A stretch of DNA of 63,752 nt, counting the filler, from Octopus bimaculoides (Eukaryota): NCBI RefSeq assembly GCF_001194135.2. It is 6 parts of 5 records of this genome, joined end to end, with 100 filler letters (N's around TTAATTAATTAA, not from the genome) between each part and the next. Parts side by side here need not be neighbours in the genome. Positions count along the whole stretch, not along the records: positions 43,786 to 62,179 come from NC_069004.1; positions 62,280 to 63,752 come from NC_068986.1; 4 more parts are not named here. One strand, written 5' to 3'. Of the stretch, positions 52,801-63,752 are shown one piece after another. The notes beneath the pieces are model-generated. The model ran no database searches and was not told the DNA's origin. It saw only the letters and a list, made by a program, of their open reading frames with translations. The first letter of the stretch is position 1. Every line of letters starts with the position of its first letter. Made by a program: the position numbers and the translations under genes.

Positions 52801-55510
52801 GACTTATAAAAGCATTCAATATACTTTGTAGAATTTTATGATTGTATAATGAAATATGGTGTCCCTGATGGTGGATTCTAATACTTTAAATCCAGGTTTG
52901 TCCCTGTTAACAGGGGTGGCCAGATCTACCTCACTCTTATAAAAACTGCTCTCACACCATCTGGCCCAGTTTTGGGTGTCTTGCTTCTTCAAGCCAACCC
53001 TCTCAATATCCTCCTCCACCTCCACTCACAAGGGTTTAGTCAGCTTGAAGCTGTAGTAGAAGACATTTGCCCCATGTGCAACACAGTGGGACTGAACCCG
53101 GAGCCATGTGGTTGGAAAGCAAACTGCTTACCACACAGCCACGTGTGCATTGCTTCACTATGTAAACCCATTGTTTGGGCCTTGTTAACACACTGCTCTA
53201 GTTTGGTGACACATTATTCATTGTTTCAGTAACTTAATACAATCTTTCATTAGAATAAAACTATTTATTTTGTCTGAAACTTTATGAAATCTCTGAAGAT
53301 TTACCACAAAAAAAATAAAAAAGAAGAGGCAAAAAGAAAGAAAGAAAATTTAGATTCTGTTTTTTTTTTTTTTGATTGAAACATTTCTATTTTTGCAGGT
53401 GGTCATATAGAAGCAAATGAAATGGTAAGTTGCCTTCAACCCTTTACCATTCAGACTTTGTCTCATGTATTCCGTGTTTTTTTTTTTCACATTGTTTTGA
53501 ATTAATCCTGCATTTTGTTGCAGCTTTGAGCTTTCAATGGTGTGATTGATTGATTTTTAGAATGATATTGCAGGGTATGTGTGAGTAGCCAGCTATGGCC
53601 AGTTTGAGTATAAAACAGGTGGAATATTTGGGCCCTGGATATGGCTGGTTTAAATGCTCAAGGGTTAAAGAAACTAAATTAAAAAACAAAACAAAACCCT
53701 GAGATAAACCCCAGTTATTTCATATGGATACGCAACAGGACATCTTTCAATCCATGTTAGAATTAAGATACACACATCACAAAAAAAAAAAAAAATGCAA
53801 ACCCAAAAGTATTCTAAAATATTATAACATAAACCCATACATCCTCTAATATATAAAAAAAAGGTTATAATTAGTCCACATCATTTTTTAAGGACCTCAG
53901 GGCAAGTTTTTTGGTTTCTCTAGTATATATATTCCTTCCCTGGATAGGAAGCCAGTCCATCGCAGGGTTCCTCACTTTTGCCAGCTGAGTGGACTGAGCA
54001 GTGTGAAATGAAGTGTTTTGCTCAAGAACACAATGTGTCGCCCGGTCTAGGAATCGAAACCACAATCTTATGATTGTAAAACCAACGCCCTAACCACTAA
54101 GCCATGCACCTCTACATGTAAAAAAGACAAATAATGCAGCTATAGATATTGTTAATCTAAGCACTTCCCTTAATATACAGGGTAGGAAAATTTTAGAAAT
54201 TTTTCTACCAGTGGCCTGGCATGTATAAAATAGTCAATAGACAATATATTTTTCATATAAAAATTAGTGTGCATTTAAACACAAAAGAGGTGACCTGGTT
54301 GGACTTTGACCGTTCCTTCTAGCTTGTAAAGTCGCCTCTTTTCTGTTTAAATGTGCACTAATCTTTTTATATATATATCGTTCAAAATAAAAGATAAATG
54401 TATTGTCAATTCAGCATTGATGTAGCCATTTGTACTACTAGGGGCAATTCAGTAAGTGTTTACAGTTACATTTGTTTATGTGTTGAATTTATTTTAAATG
54501 ATTTTTTCTTTAGATCACTGATGCTGGTGTTAGAGAGTTCTTTGAAGAGACTGGTTTCAAAATAAATCCAGGACAATGTGAAGATGAGAAATTAAACCTT
54601 ATCACACTTTGGGAAGTGAGTTGAATTAATATCTACAGTAATTATTTTTTTTTTTAAATTGTTTCAATTGTTGGACTGCGACCATGCTGAAGCATTGCCT
54701 TGAAAAACGGTATTGGAGAAGGGTATTGAGTGCTAACCTTCCTTCTTTAAGGCATAACCCTCCCCAATGCTTCCAGAATTTATTAAAGTTTTAGGTTGTT
54801 TTAGAAATTATTGCTAAGTCCATACTTGGGCAGTACCAGCAACTTAAAGTGTCCATTTTCTTTAATTTCAGTCTGTCTATCCAGCAAAGTTGACCTATGG
54901 AAACCCTAAAAGACACCATGTGGTTGCATATTTACATGGGAAACTAAAGAGCATGACATCAAGCGAAGCAGAGAACCATCTTCAGATAGAACCTAATGAA
55001 GTCGATGCATGTGCATGGTTTAACAGACAGCAGATTGCTTCTATTGTAAGATCAGATGAAGAAGGATTTAACTCCAGTGAGCAACAGAATTCTTTGGACC
55101 CAGACTCTCATTTCAGGTTAATCACAATAGAATCCTTTACATTACTCTTGATTTGTTTTATACAAGGAATATATTGTTTTATCAATATTGTTTAATTTTG
55201 TCAGCCCGAAGCTATAGTAGAAGACACTTGCCCGAGGTGCCACACAGTGGAACTGAAGCCGGAACCATGTGGTTGGGAAGCAAGCTTCTTACCACACAGC
55301 CACTCACACACATACATATATATCTTTTCCTTTTTTTTTTTCTTGTCTTTCAGAGCTCACATATTGAATGAGAATAAAGAAATGGTCACAACTGAACTCC
55401 CGTTGCTTCCTCTTCTGCAACTTGCCGACAAACATAGTGATTGCTCTCCAGGCAGGGTCAGCACTGGCACCAAATTTGCTTTGCAACAATGGTTGAAAAT
55501 ATCGAAATAA
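49405..55510 (+). CDS. NUDT17: Nudix hydrolase 17-like, complete 7-exon CDS: join(49405..49512,51651..51776,52418..52589,53399..53424,54514..54615,54872..55116,55354..55510), about 311 aa (301 aa from the alternative ATG at 49435)
   Basis: All introns are GT-AG with consistent phases (0,0,1,0,0,2). The spliced protein has a full Nudix box GHIEANEMITDAGVREFFEETGF (GX5EX7REUXEEXGU). It also has motifs I recognise from NUDT17: [47 protein letters not shown], PNEV and RVSTGTKFALQQW. Confidence 0.93.
51651..51776 (+). CDS. NUDT17: NUDT17 exon 2 (CIVDYFGATH...QPVFIK)
   Basis: Acceptor ttttacag|TGT, donor AAA|gtaaga; 42 codons, open frame. Confidence 0.85.
52005..52290 (+). mobile_element. NUDT17: SINE family B copy in NUDT17 intron 2
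   Basis: High similarity to 45315-45560. Confidence 0.8.
52418..52589 (+). CDS. NUDT17: NUDT17 exon 3 (HPSFCP...[38 protein letters not shown])
   Basis: Acceptor tttccag|CAT, donor G|gtaaat; strong NUDT17 motifs. Confidence 0.95.
53399..53424 (+). CDS. NUDT17: NUDT17 exon 4, 26-nt micro-exon (G-GHIEANEM), first half of the Nudix box
   Basis: Acceptor ttttgcag|GT, donor ATG|gtaagt; completes the phase-1 codon and the Nudix box. Confidence 0.92.
53880..54110 (-). mobile_element. tRNA-derived SINE in NUDT17 intron 4
   Basis: The - strand head reads GCATGGCTTAGTGGTTAGGGCGTTGG...GTGGTTTCGATTCCTAGACCGGGCG. Confidence 0.75.
54514..54615 (+). CDS. NUDT17: NUDT17 exon 5 (ITDAGVREFFEETGF...ITLWE)
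   Basis: Acceptor ttctttag|ATC, donor GAA|gtgagt; contains REUXEEXGU. Confidence 0.95.
54872..55116 (+). CDS. NUDT17: NUDT17 exon 6 (SVYPAKLTYGNPKRHHVV...DPDSHF-R)
   Basis: Acceptor tttcag|TCT, donor AG|gttaat (phase 2). Confidence 0.92.
55354..55510 (+). CDS. NUDT17: NUDT17 exon 7, terminal (AHILNENK...RVSTGTKFALQQWLKISK*)
   Basis: Acceptor gtctttcag|A, stop TAA at 55508-55510; conserved RVSTGTKFAL motif. Confidence 0.93.
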
Positions 55511-56289
55511 CACTGAACTGACAAAATAATTTTTATTTATGATTTAATCTAATTAAAACAAAACCAGACAATTTTAAATTGCCATCACAGCCCATATTTC
55601 ACTGCTACAGCTGTTTGCAGCTAAAACTGAAATTATTTGCCACTATAAGACATTTCCAGAAGATAGAATTTCCAAGAAAGAGTTCTCTATGTCAAAAAAA
55701 CTAAGTTTTCTCAATTTTCTCTTGCTTTCTGGTTTGCTAATGTTTTGTGAAAAGTGAAAAAGAAAAAAAAAACACATGTTCAATGAATTTCGTTATGACT
55801 AATTATTTCCATCTTAATAAAATGTCTCACTTCATAAAATATTTAATTAATAAATCACAGGTTGTGTCAAGATGATGATTTCTAAAAAAGAATGAAATAG
55901 TGCTACACATGATTATCACTGATTAGAAATTTTAAGAACTTTGTTAGTAAATACGCAAAACAAACTAAATATAGGAATTCTGTGCATCTTCTTCCTTAGA
56001 ATTCTTTAATTTCAAATTCAAAATTCTAGGCTCATCAAATATTGAGAAATGGTTATTTCCCTTGTAAAGCTGCTGTCACTAAGGCAACTTATTTGGGAAC
56101 TAAAACTTAGCCATTCAGTAAATAGAGTTTGATATAAGACTGACAAAAATCCTTAAAGCCGATGCTCCAGAATGGCTGCAGACAGATAAAAACATGAAAC
56201 AAGAATAAAAATAAAAGAATACTTTTAATAATTTTTTTTGTATTTTTTTATTATTTTCATTTTAAAATTCTTTCAACTATAGTTCGAAC

Positions 56290-56465
56290 TTAAGAACAAC
56301 CAGGAATTTGTGCCACAAAGTTGCAGGCCTTAATTTTGGGATCATATCCAGTTTTGGGTCCACAGCGTTCATGGAAGGTTAAACCGAAGGAACATTGGTA
56401 GTAGAATGTACAATCTTTGGGGTCAACATACAAACCATCGCTTTTTCCCTCGCAGAAATGTGTTG
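56290..56465 (-). CDS. Chitinase terminal exon: CBM14 domain 2 (FCEGKSDGLYVDPKDCTFYYQC...IPGCS*)
   Basis: Acceptor cttattacag|CA, stop TAA at 56292-56290; six Cys. Confidence 0.95.
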
Positions 56466-59400
56466 CTGTAATAAGAAATAATATTTGAAGAAATGTGGTT
56501 ACTTCTATCAGTATATCATGGAACTGTAACATCATCACCTCTTCTACATTATATTACCATTTCTATACCCCATTGTACTTCCACACGTGTCAACATAGTT
56601 CCACCATACTGTATTAGAGGTACAACACCAACTTTCTTATTAGTGATGGCCAGGAAACTCAATCTGCACCTATTTTTGAGTAAGGACTTCGAATTTTCAC
56701 AGCCTCCAGACTAGTTTGCTAGTAACTTGCATAATACGATATTAGTAAACTTTTTGTACAGGTATGTACAGGTACCTGTGTTTCATTTAAGTAAATTTAA
56801 TATTCGTTTAATTTAGAGTGTGTTGAGCATGGTGACCATCCCTGGTTCAGAAAAATCTGGAATGGCTCTGGATCCAAAGGTTCTGGAAAATCTTATGTTG
56901 TATTTATACCACACCTCCTACATCTGCTCGTTACACTCTACTATCACATCAACTATACTACCTTGTACTGGTACACCTACACTACATCATACTCTCACAC
57001 CACCTACTATACACTATCAGTCACACACCACTGCAATATCACACATATATTGGTGTGCTGTCATGTCTACAGTATCATACTATGACATAAACCTCAATCT
57101 AGCCAGACAACCACACAATACTTTGCTACTGTGGACCACCACCTCACACTGCACTATCTCACAGCACTATACTGCCACACAACACTGTACTATAGTCAAC
57201 CTCAATACTACACTATCCCACAATGCTGCATTGCAACAGAATAGTACATGAACACTATAAGACCACTAATGATACTTACATCCTCCTTTGCCAGGGGTGA
57301 CGGGTCTTGAAGTACTTGGTTTATTTGTCACCACTTTACCCCCAATTGTGCATCTGAAACTAGGGTCAGGATCACACAGTCCTTTGTTTTGGTTCCACAA
57401 TCCAACTTTACATTTCTCTATAAATGATCGACCATTGACACAAAAGACATATTCGGTGCAACTCTTTGGATGGGAATAAGTTCCATCTGGTTTACCCTGG
57501 CACAGGACATCGTCTTTCTTTGGAGGAAGGGTAATGACGGCTGCAAAGCAGAATGGTAAAAATGGGAGATTGAAGGAATGAAAAGAATACAAGAGTTTAA
57601 CAATTGGAAGTAAAGGTCGTATGTCTTAAAGTTTTTAAACTGACTTACTTTTTGGTGTGGTTTTGACCCTGGATAAAGCAAAAGAAAACAAAAAAATTAT
57701 AAAATAAATTCGGCTCTTTTATTTTCTTTCAAATAATACTGGACATTCTCTTCATCCTTGAAACAAAACAGTTTAAGAAGTCTACTGATGCTAGAATCTA
57801 CATCATGGTTATATCTTGATGTGATTCTGTACGAAGTACAAATGATACTATTTATAGCATACAAACCTGTAGACAATCTTCACAAACTTATAAAATTGGA
57901 TACTTTTTTCATATTTCAAGAGGTGCATAATGTTGTCCAAAGGAGAAAAAAAAACAGTCAGCAATGTATATACAATGTCTGTGTGTGTGTATATACGTAT
58001 TCTTTTATTCTTTCTTTTATTTGTTTCAGTCATTTGACTGCGGCCATGCTGGAGCACCGCCTTTAGTTGAACAAATCAATCTCGGGACTTACTCTTTCAC
58101 CTGAACAAATTCTAACTGATCCATGCCAGCATGGGAAAACGGAGTATTAAATGGCAATGACAATAATGGTTTTCCTGGAACGGACATTATAGCATTGAGA
58201 GGCCATACTTACGGGGCTGTGTGAGGTGGGACAACGATTTTGTCTCCTAATGCTCTGACTATGGATTTCATCAAAGGGTATTTCTCTCCTCCACACTGAC
58301 CATTAAAGTCATCAAGGGGTAGAGCCCAGACAGCAATGCCTCCAAATCCATTTGCCTTGATCCAATTAACCTGAAAATCACAAAAGAAAACATATTTGAA
58401 GAGGACAAAAAAAAAAAAAGAATTATGGTGGAAACGATCCATTAAAAATGTGAAGGAAGCCTGTGACATGCTTTGTTAAATACGACAGAGGTAATTTCAC
58501 TTTCCATTGAGTGTGAGTCAATATTATACTCCATTGAGTGTGACAGACAATGAAAGGATCCATAACGTGTGACAGAGATAACAAAAGGACCCATGGAGTG
58601 TAACACAGCTAAGGATATACTTCATGAAGTGTGGCAGCTAATGCTACATTGAATGTGACTGAGATAAAAGGATTCATGGAGTGCGACAGAGCAAATTGCA
58701 TACTCAATGGAGTGTGACAGAGCTAATAAATACACTCTGCTGACTATGACAGCTAATGTTTCACTCTACTGAGTGTGAAAGGTAATAAGAAACTTCAATG
58801 AGTGTGACTAAGCTAATGGCACACGCAGAACTGTTGACACTCCACTGAGTGTGAGAGAGTGGAGTGAACTAAATCACTGTAAAATGGTTCACCTTGCTCA
58901 AGAACACATTGCATCGACTGATTCGAGAATTGAACCCACGAACTAGCGATGATGTGGTTAATATAACACTCTAACCATTAGGCCACGAACCTTCACCCGA
59001 TAATCTCACCACCAAACTAGAATAAGTATTATGGCAAATATGATTGACTAAAATCCGTAACGGCATTGCTCCAGCTTGGCCGCTGCAGTTCAGTGACTGA
59101 AACTGGAAAGACAATGGAAGAATCTTCATGGTAGACATTTTCTTTCATTTCACCAGAGTCGATGTATTTAGTACCAGTGTTGTACTGGGGTCGATTCTAT
59201 CATCTCTTTGTCACTTCTGTTGATGTGTGTAATCACATAAATAAAAAAAAAGATGCAACAAAAAGGGATAGAAACCAGGTTAAAAAGTACCTTAATAGTT
59301 AAACTCTTTGGGTTATCGTATCCAACCCATTGGTTGCCCTTCACAACATATGGAACTTCCTGGTCTTTGATCCAAGACACCTTACCTCCAGTTGCTATCA

Positions 59401-60146
59401 TTTTACAGATCTAAAATAAAAAATTTTTTTAAAAAACAGACAAAATAAAAGACAACTGTTCGATGATGACACCAAATATGGTGTGTTAATTGTTACAACA
59501 TTTTACACGAAAGTGTTTCTTTTTTTTTAATGAAGATCAACATTGATCAAGAGGAGGTGTGAAACGTTTTAACCCCGCCCATTTGTCGTCGTTGATTCGA
59601 CGCTGACATATTTGACATCAGACGTTTTTTTGTTTCTTTCGCTTCTGTACCCCCCACCCCAAATCTTCCGTAATATTCCAGTAGCCCAATTAACTTTGAC
59701 CACGTAAAAAACACCCACTACACTCTCAGGGTGGTTGGCGTTAGGAAGGGCATCCAGCCGTAGAAACCTTTCCAAATCAGATCGGAACCTGGTGCAGCCT
59801 CCCAGCTTATCAGTTTTCAATCAAACCGTCCAACCCATGCCAGCATGGGAAGCGGACGTTACATGATGATGATGATGGTAATATATATATATATAATGAT
59901 ATATATGTGTAATATAGATGGCTGTTTTAGATTTCATGAAACTACTTACCTCATAGTAAGACAGGAATCCGCCTTCTCTGGTAAAAGGTCCTTTATTGGA
60001 AGCTCCTTTGGCGGGATCACCGGGATTGCTTTGTGCTGGGTTGCTAAGTGTAAAGCCACGTCCATAAAGGGCCAAGCCCACATTTAATATACTTTTGGGG
60101 GCGCCTTTCTTTACCCAGTAGTTCGCTGCCCATTCCTGTTAGTTCC

Positions 60147-60183
<37 letters not shown>

Positions 60184-61263
60184 TTTTCTTTATTAACCAT
60201 TAAAGGTTGACAAAATTACGAGGGTGGTAAGTGACCATACAATACGGGTACAATACGGGTACAATACGGGTACAATACGGGTTTACATAAAAGCCTTTAA
60301 ACAGTAAAATAACAGAAACAAAGAAACGGAGGGACGAATGGCAAAGTTGGCCTCGGTGAGATTTGAACTCGGAACGTGTAGAGCTGCAACAAATACTCCT
60401 GTGTCTAATTACTGACTCACCTGTGAATCTTAACGTCCATGCACCTGTATGTCTCTCATCATTCAGGCCGCGCGCATTATCCACTCAGTTGTGAACCAGC
60501 ATTCACTCACCTGCATCTCTCACAATCCAATCGTCCGTATATCTTAACATTCACCTGTTACATGTACACCTTTACATTTAATTAACTTCTGACAAATTAC
60601 CAATAAACCATTTACAATTATAAAATTTTAACGTACCACATTAAGGTGTCTTTGCAGCCCCTTTTCGTCGCTCCTCACGTGAAGTGGACTGTTGTGTCCT
60701 GTAAACTTTTCCCAGGCTCCGTGAAGATCGTATGTCATAATTGTGATGAAATCGAAGTACCTGAATCAAACGATGACAGATCAATCAGTTCCATCAGATA
60801 ATTAGAGTTCGCATTCCAAGGATGCTAATACGAATTCTTGAACTTGGAACCGTGATTCTCTTTACACTCACTGCTATTTCTATTATCAAACCTTGTTAAT
60901 TAAGACTTCTTAATTAGGTAGAGTTAAATATCTTGCCCAATGTTTACATTTCAAGGTTACTATACGAATTCTTGATACAGATAACTCAACCGCAAAAACT
61001 GAGGAAAGGCAAACGAAAATTTTGACGTAAAAAAACGGCGTTTAGAACCCAGTTAAATACGACAGAGGCCGACTATGGGAAAGGAAGAAGGTGAAGATGG
61101 TGCCAACCATTGTTGGTTCTTTGAGGACAGTATCAGAAGTCATCAAAAAGAATATAAAGGAAAGGAGAATGGAGTGGTCAGAAGAACATGGTACCGCAGG
61201 TTGCAGATAGCAAGTCTGCTACGCATGTAAGACACCAGAACTTCCAACAGAAAATGAGTTAAA

Positions 61264-61303
<40 letters not shown>

Positions 61304-61439
61304 AGATGTCGTACTTGGAAATCTCTGGAATGTCATAGCCAGTGTCTATTTTGTCTTGTCCAGCGGAGACAGCACAAGCCAACAAAAGTCTCTCGTTGCC
61401 AGTTGATTTCGCTTCAGCTTCGAACGCCAGTTTCGTTTC
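56290..61439 (-). CDS. GH18 chitinase with two C-terminal CBM14/ChtBD2 domains, 5'-partial: complement join of 61439-61315, 60760-60637, 60135-59950, 59410-59291, 58370-58213, 57668-57649, 57540-57280, 56465-56290
   Basis: GT-AG introns with consistent phases (2,0,0,0,2,1,1). GH18 motifs: [75 protein letters not shown] and GFGGIAVWALPLDDF. Two six-cysteine CBM14 domains follow. The N-terminal exons (signal peptide, DxxDxDxE) were not found in the window. Confidence 0.95.
57280..57540 (-). CDS. Chitinase exon: CBM14 domain 1 (CQGKPDG...CTEYVFC...C...C...C) plus S/T/P linker
   Basis: Acceptor ttctgctttgcag|CC, donor T|gtaagt; six Cys in peritrophin-A spacing. Confidence 0.93.
57649..57668 (-). 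CDS. Chitinase 20-nt linker micro-exon (P-VKTTPK-T)
   Basis: Acceptor ttgctttatccag|G, donor A|gtaagt. It converts phase 2 to phase 1 exactly as the flanking exons require. Confidence 0.85.
58213..58370 (-). CDS. Chitinase exon (VNWIKANGFGGIAVWALPLDDF...PPHTA-P)
   Basis: Acceptor ttttcag|GTT, donor CC|gtaagt. Confidence 0.95.
58504..58860. repeat. Degenerate minisatellite, about 12 units of mostly 24-32 bp, core CCATTGAGTGTGACAG, in a chitinase intron
   Basis: The core recurs at about 58504, 58531, 58560, 58591, 58622, 58646, 58674, 58705, 58737, 58766, 58795 and 58842. Confidence 0.8.
59291..59410 (-). CDS. Chitinase exon (ICKMIATGG...WVGYDNPKSLTIK)
   Basis: Acceptor attttag|ATC, donor AAG|gtactt; 40 codons. 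Confidence 0.95.
59690..59878 (+). mobile_element. SINE 3' portion ending in a (GAT)n tail
   Basis: TGGCGTTAGGAAGGGCATCCAGCCGTAGAAA...CCGTCCAACCCATGCCAGCATGGGAAGCGGACGTT-(GAT)n. The same tail occurs at 8820-9048 and 58120-58150. Confidence 0.75.
59950..60135 (-). CDS. Chitinase exon (EWAANYWVKKGAPKS...GGFLSYYE)
   Basis: Acceptor ctaacag|GAA, donor GAG|gtaagt; 62 codons. Confidence 0.95.
60238..60282. repeat. 11-bp tandem repeat x4 (TACAATACGGG)
   Basis: Direct reading. Confidence 0.9.
60637..60760 (-). CDS. Chitinase exon ([26 protein letters not shown]...HLNV)
   Basis: Acceptor gattcag|G, donor GTG|gtacgt; MTYDLHG motif. This exon is absent from the ORF track. Confidence 0.95.
61315..61439 (-). 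CDS. Chitinase exon ([42 protein letters not shown])
   Basis: Acceptor tcttcag|GAA, donor AA|gtacga. Confidence 0.93.
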
Positions 61440-61793
61440 CTGAAGATAAAAAAAACATATCGCGTTTAAATTCTGTTACTCGTTTCAGTCATTAAACTGC
61501 GTCCATGCTGGAGCACAGTGGCGTATGGTGGTTGTTGTCATTGGGTGTGTTGCCCCCAAAATGTTCGTAAAATGATGTAAAATTTCTATAACCTCATCGT
61601 ACAGTAGTGAACAGCTGGTTCCGTCGTACATCTCCAGCGTTAGAAGCTGGACAAATGCAAGAAATAATAATAATAATAATAATCCTTTCTACACTGGGCA
61701 CAAGGCCTGAAATTTTGGGGAGGGTATATATATATATAGAGAGAGATAGAGATAGATAGATAGATAGATANNNNNNNNNNTATATATATATAT

Positions 61794-61849
<56 letters not shown>

Positions 61850-62279
61850 GTAGATAGACTTTATTATAGGTGAGACAAGCCCTGTGTATTTGAGTCTGAA
61901 GCATTACTGCTTGGAGACAAAAGGTATGTTATATAAATCTGCCGAAGTATTGTTTCAACGGCAAGATGTATATACATGTGTAAGTGTGTGTGTGTGTGGG
62001 GGGGATGTCAAAGCGCATGGGTTAATGGTAAAGGGTTTCCGATTCAAGATCGTAAAGTTATTGGTTCAGTTCCTGAACTGTTTTGTGTTTGGACAATGCA
62101 CTTCATTTCTTGTCGCTCCCGTCCACTCATTTGTGAATGAGTGGGCCATCCGATGCTGGCGAAGCTCTCTCTCTCTCTCNNNNNNNNNNNNNNNNNNNNN
62201 NNNNNNNNNNNNNNNNNNNNNNNTTAATTAATTAANNNNNNNNNNNNNNNNNNNNNNNNNNNNNNNNNNNNNNNNNNNN

Positions 62280-62345
<66 letters not shown>

Positions 62346-63234
62346 TCGCACACACACATGCCATCTCTTTCTCTGTCTCACTTCTTCGCTATCCCATCTT
62401 TTTTTTTGTCATTTTTCCCTCCACACCTTCTTTGTTTCTCTCATTAAGCTCTGTAAAGTGGTAATTGCTTCAGATGTGAACAGAAAGAGCAAGTGTTAGC
62501 AAGATAAAAGAGCAGAAGCGAACTAAGGGAACAGCAGTGAGGAGAGCTAGAAAAACACACCATCGCGTGATTAAGAGAGAGAGAGTGCAAAACAAATAGA
62601 GGAGAGGGAAAGGGGGAAAGAGAAAGACAGACAGACAGAGACAGAGATAGGTAGACAAATATAGGTAGGCAGAGACAGGCAGACAGAGAGGGAGAGAGAG
62701 GAAAAGAGAGAAACAAAGGCAGGAAGAGAAAGGCAGAGAAAGATAGAGAAAGACAGAGAGTGAGTGAGCGAGAGACAGACAGACAGACAGACAAGGACGG
62801 AGATAGACAGAGAGGCAGACTGATAGGTTTTGAGCCTATATATCTGTATGTCGGAGATGAACCAGGGGAATTAACAGAAGTTAAGAGTAAAAGAAGTGAG
62901 CATAAAAAGTGTAGAGGGAAATAATAGAGGGGAGGGAGAGAAAGCGACAGAGAAACAGACAGAGCGGGAGAGAAATTGCAGAAAAAGAGAGAGAAAATGG
63001 GAGACAGAGAGTGAGAGAGAGACTGTGAGAAAGAGAAAGTGAGAGGCAGACAGACAGTGGGTAGGAGTCAGAGGAAGGGAATTGAATATCTGTGAGACGA
63101 TGGAGAAGGGTATTGACAGGTGTCATTGCCGCAGCAATAATTGTATTGAAATGGTGTAACGTAAGCGACAGTTATTGAGATCCATGATGAAAAGATCAAG
63201 AAACAATGTCAGAGAAAAGAGCGGAGTTATGAAA

Positions 63235-63332
63235 CAACAACAACAACAACAACAACAACGATGACGACGAAGACGATGATGATGATGATGATAATAATAG
63301 TATTATTACTACTACTACTAATAATGATGATG

Positions 63333-63380
<48 letters not shown>

Positions 63381-63410
63381 GTAATAATAATAATAATGAT
63401 GATGATGATG
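63235..63410. repeat. Compound trinucleotide microsatellite (AAC/GAT/ACT/AAT)
   Basis: Direct reading. Confidence 0.95.
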
Positions 63411-63752
63411 GTGGAATGGGGCAAAAAGAATAACCAGAGATACATGCACATACGTTCTGAATGCTATTTGAGAGGGCTTTGTTTTTGTTGTTGTTGTTGA
63501 TGTCCTTATAAAAGGATTTATCTCACACGCACATACGCACACACAGAGACATACACACGTGCACACACATGCTTGTATGTGTCTGTGTACGTGTGCGTCT
63601 GCATATATATATATATATATATAGATAGATATAGATAGATACATTTCTTTTATTAGCCACACAGGGCTCAACGAAGATGGGACAAATACAATGTAGAGCT
63701 TTTCTTTTTGGGAGGGGGAAGGAAGGAAAAAAAAAAAAAAAAAAAAAAAAAA

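Noticed and set aside
58504-58860. CRISPR-like appearance of the intronic array
   Set aside because: The context is a eukaryotic intron, the repeats are degenerate, the spacers are related to each other and too short, and there are no cas genes.
61440-63752. Search for the upstream chitinase exon with the catalytic DxxDxDxE motif
   Set aside because: It was not found in the readable sequence. It probably lies beyond the window end or in a gap, so catalytic competence cannot be judged and pseudogene status is not implied.

Overview
AT-rich, microsatellite- and gap-riddled eukaryotic genomic DNA. The SINE and microsatellite content suggests a cephalopod, most likely an Octopus draft assembly (inference). 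Bases 1-49,300 contain no host exons I can identify. They are a graveyard of tRNA-derived SINEs, mariner/Tc1 remnants, RTE-like LINE remnants, Penelope-like element (PLE) remnants, MITE-like foldbacks, simple repeats and N gaps. Two spliced genes converge at the right end. A complete 7-exon NUDT17-like Nudix hydrolase lies on + (49405-55510, about 311 aa, intact Nudix box). The 3' part of a GH18 chitinase with two CBM14 chitin-binding domains lies on - (8 exons seen, 61439-56290; the exon with the catalytic DxxDxDxE motif was not found and is probably beyond the window). The most interesting signal is a 548-bp foldback element at 2443-2990, inserted into a DD34D mariner. It combines a tRNA-like Pol III head with a minimal hammerhead-ribozyme-like tail present in both inverted arms, and it carries an internal copy of its own pre-insertion target site. 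The same hammerhead-like architecture sits just downstream of a PLE ORF remnant (20322-20344). Together these suggest a Penelope-mobilised, ribozyme-bearing SINE (inference; untested). Many long ORF-track entries are artefacts of N runs and microsatellites.
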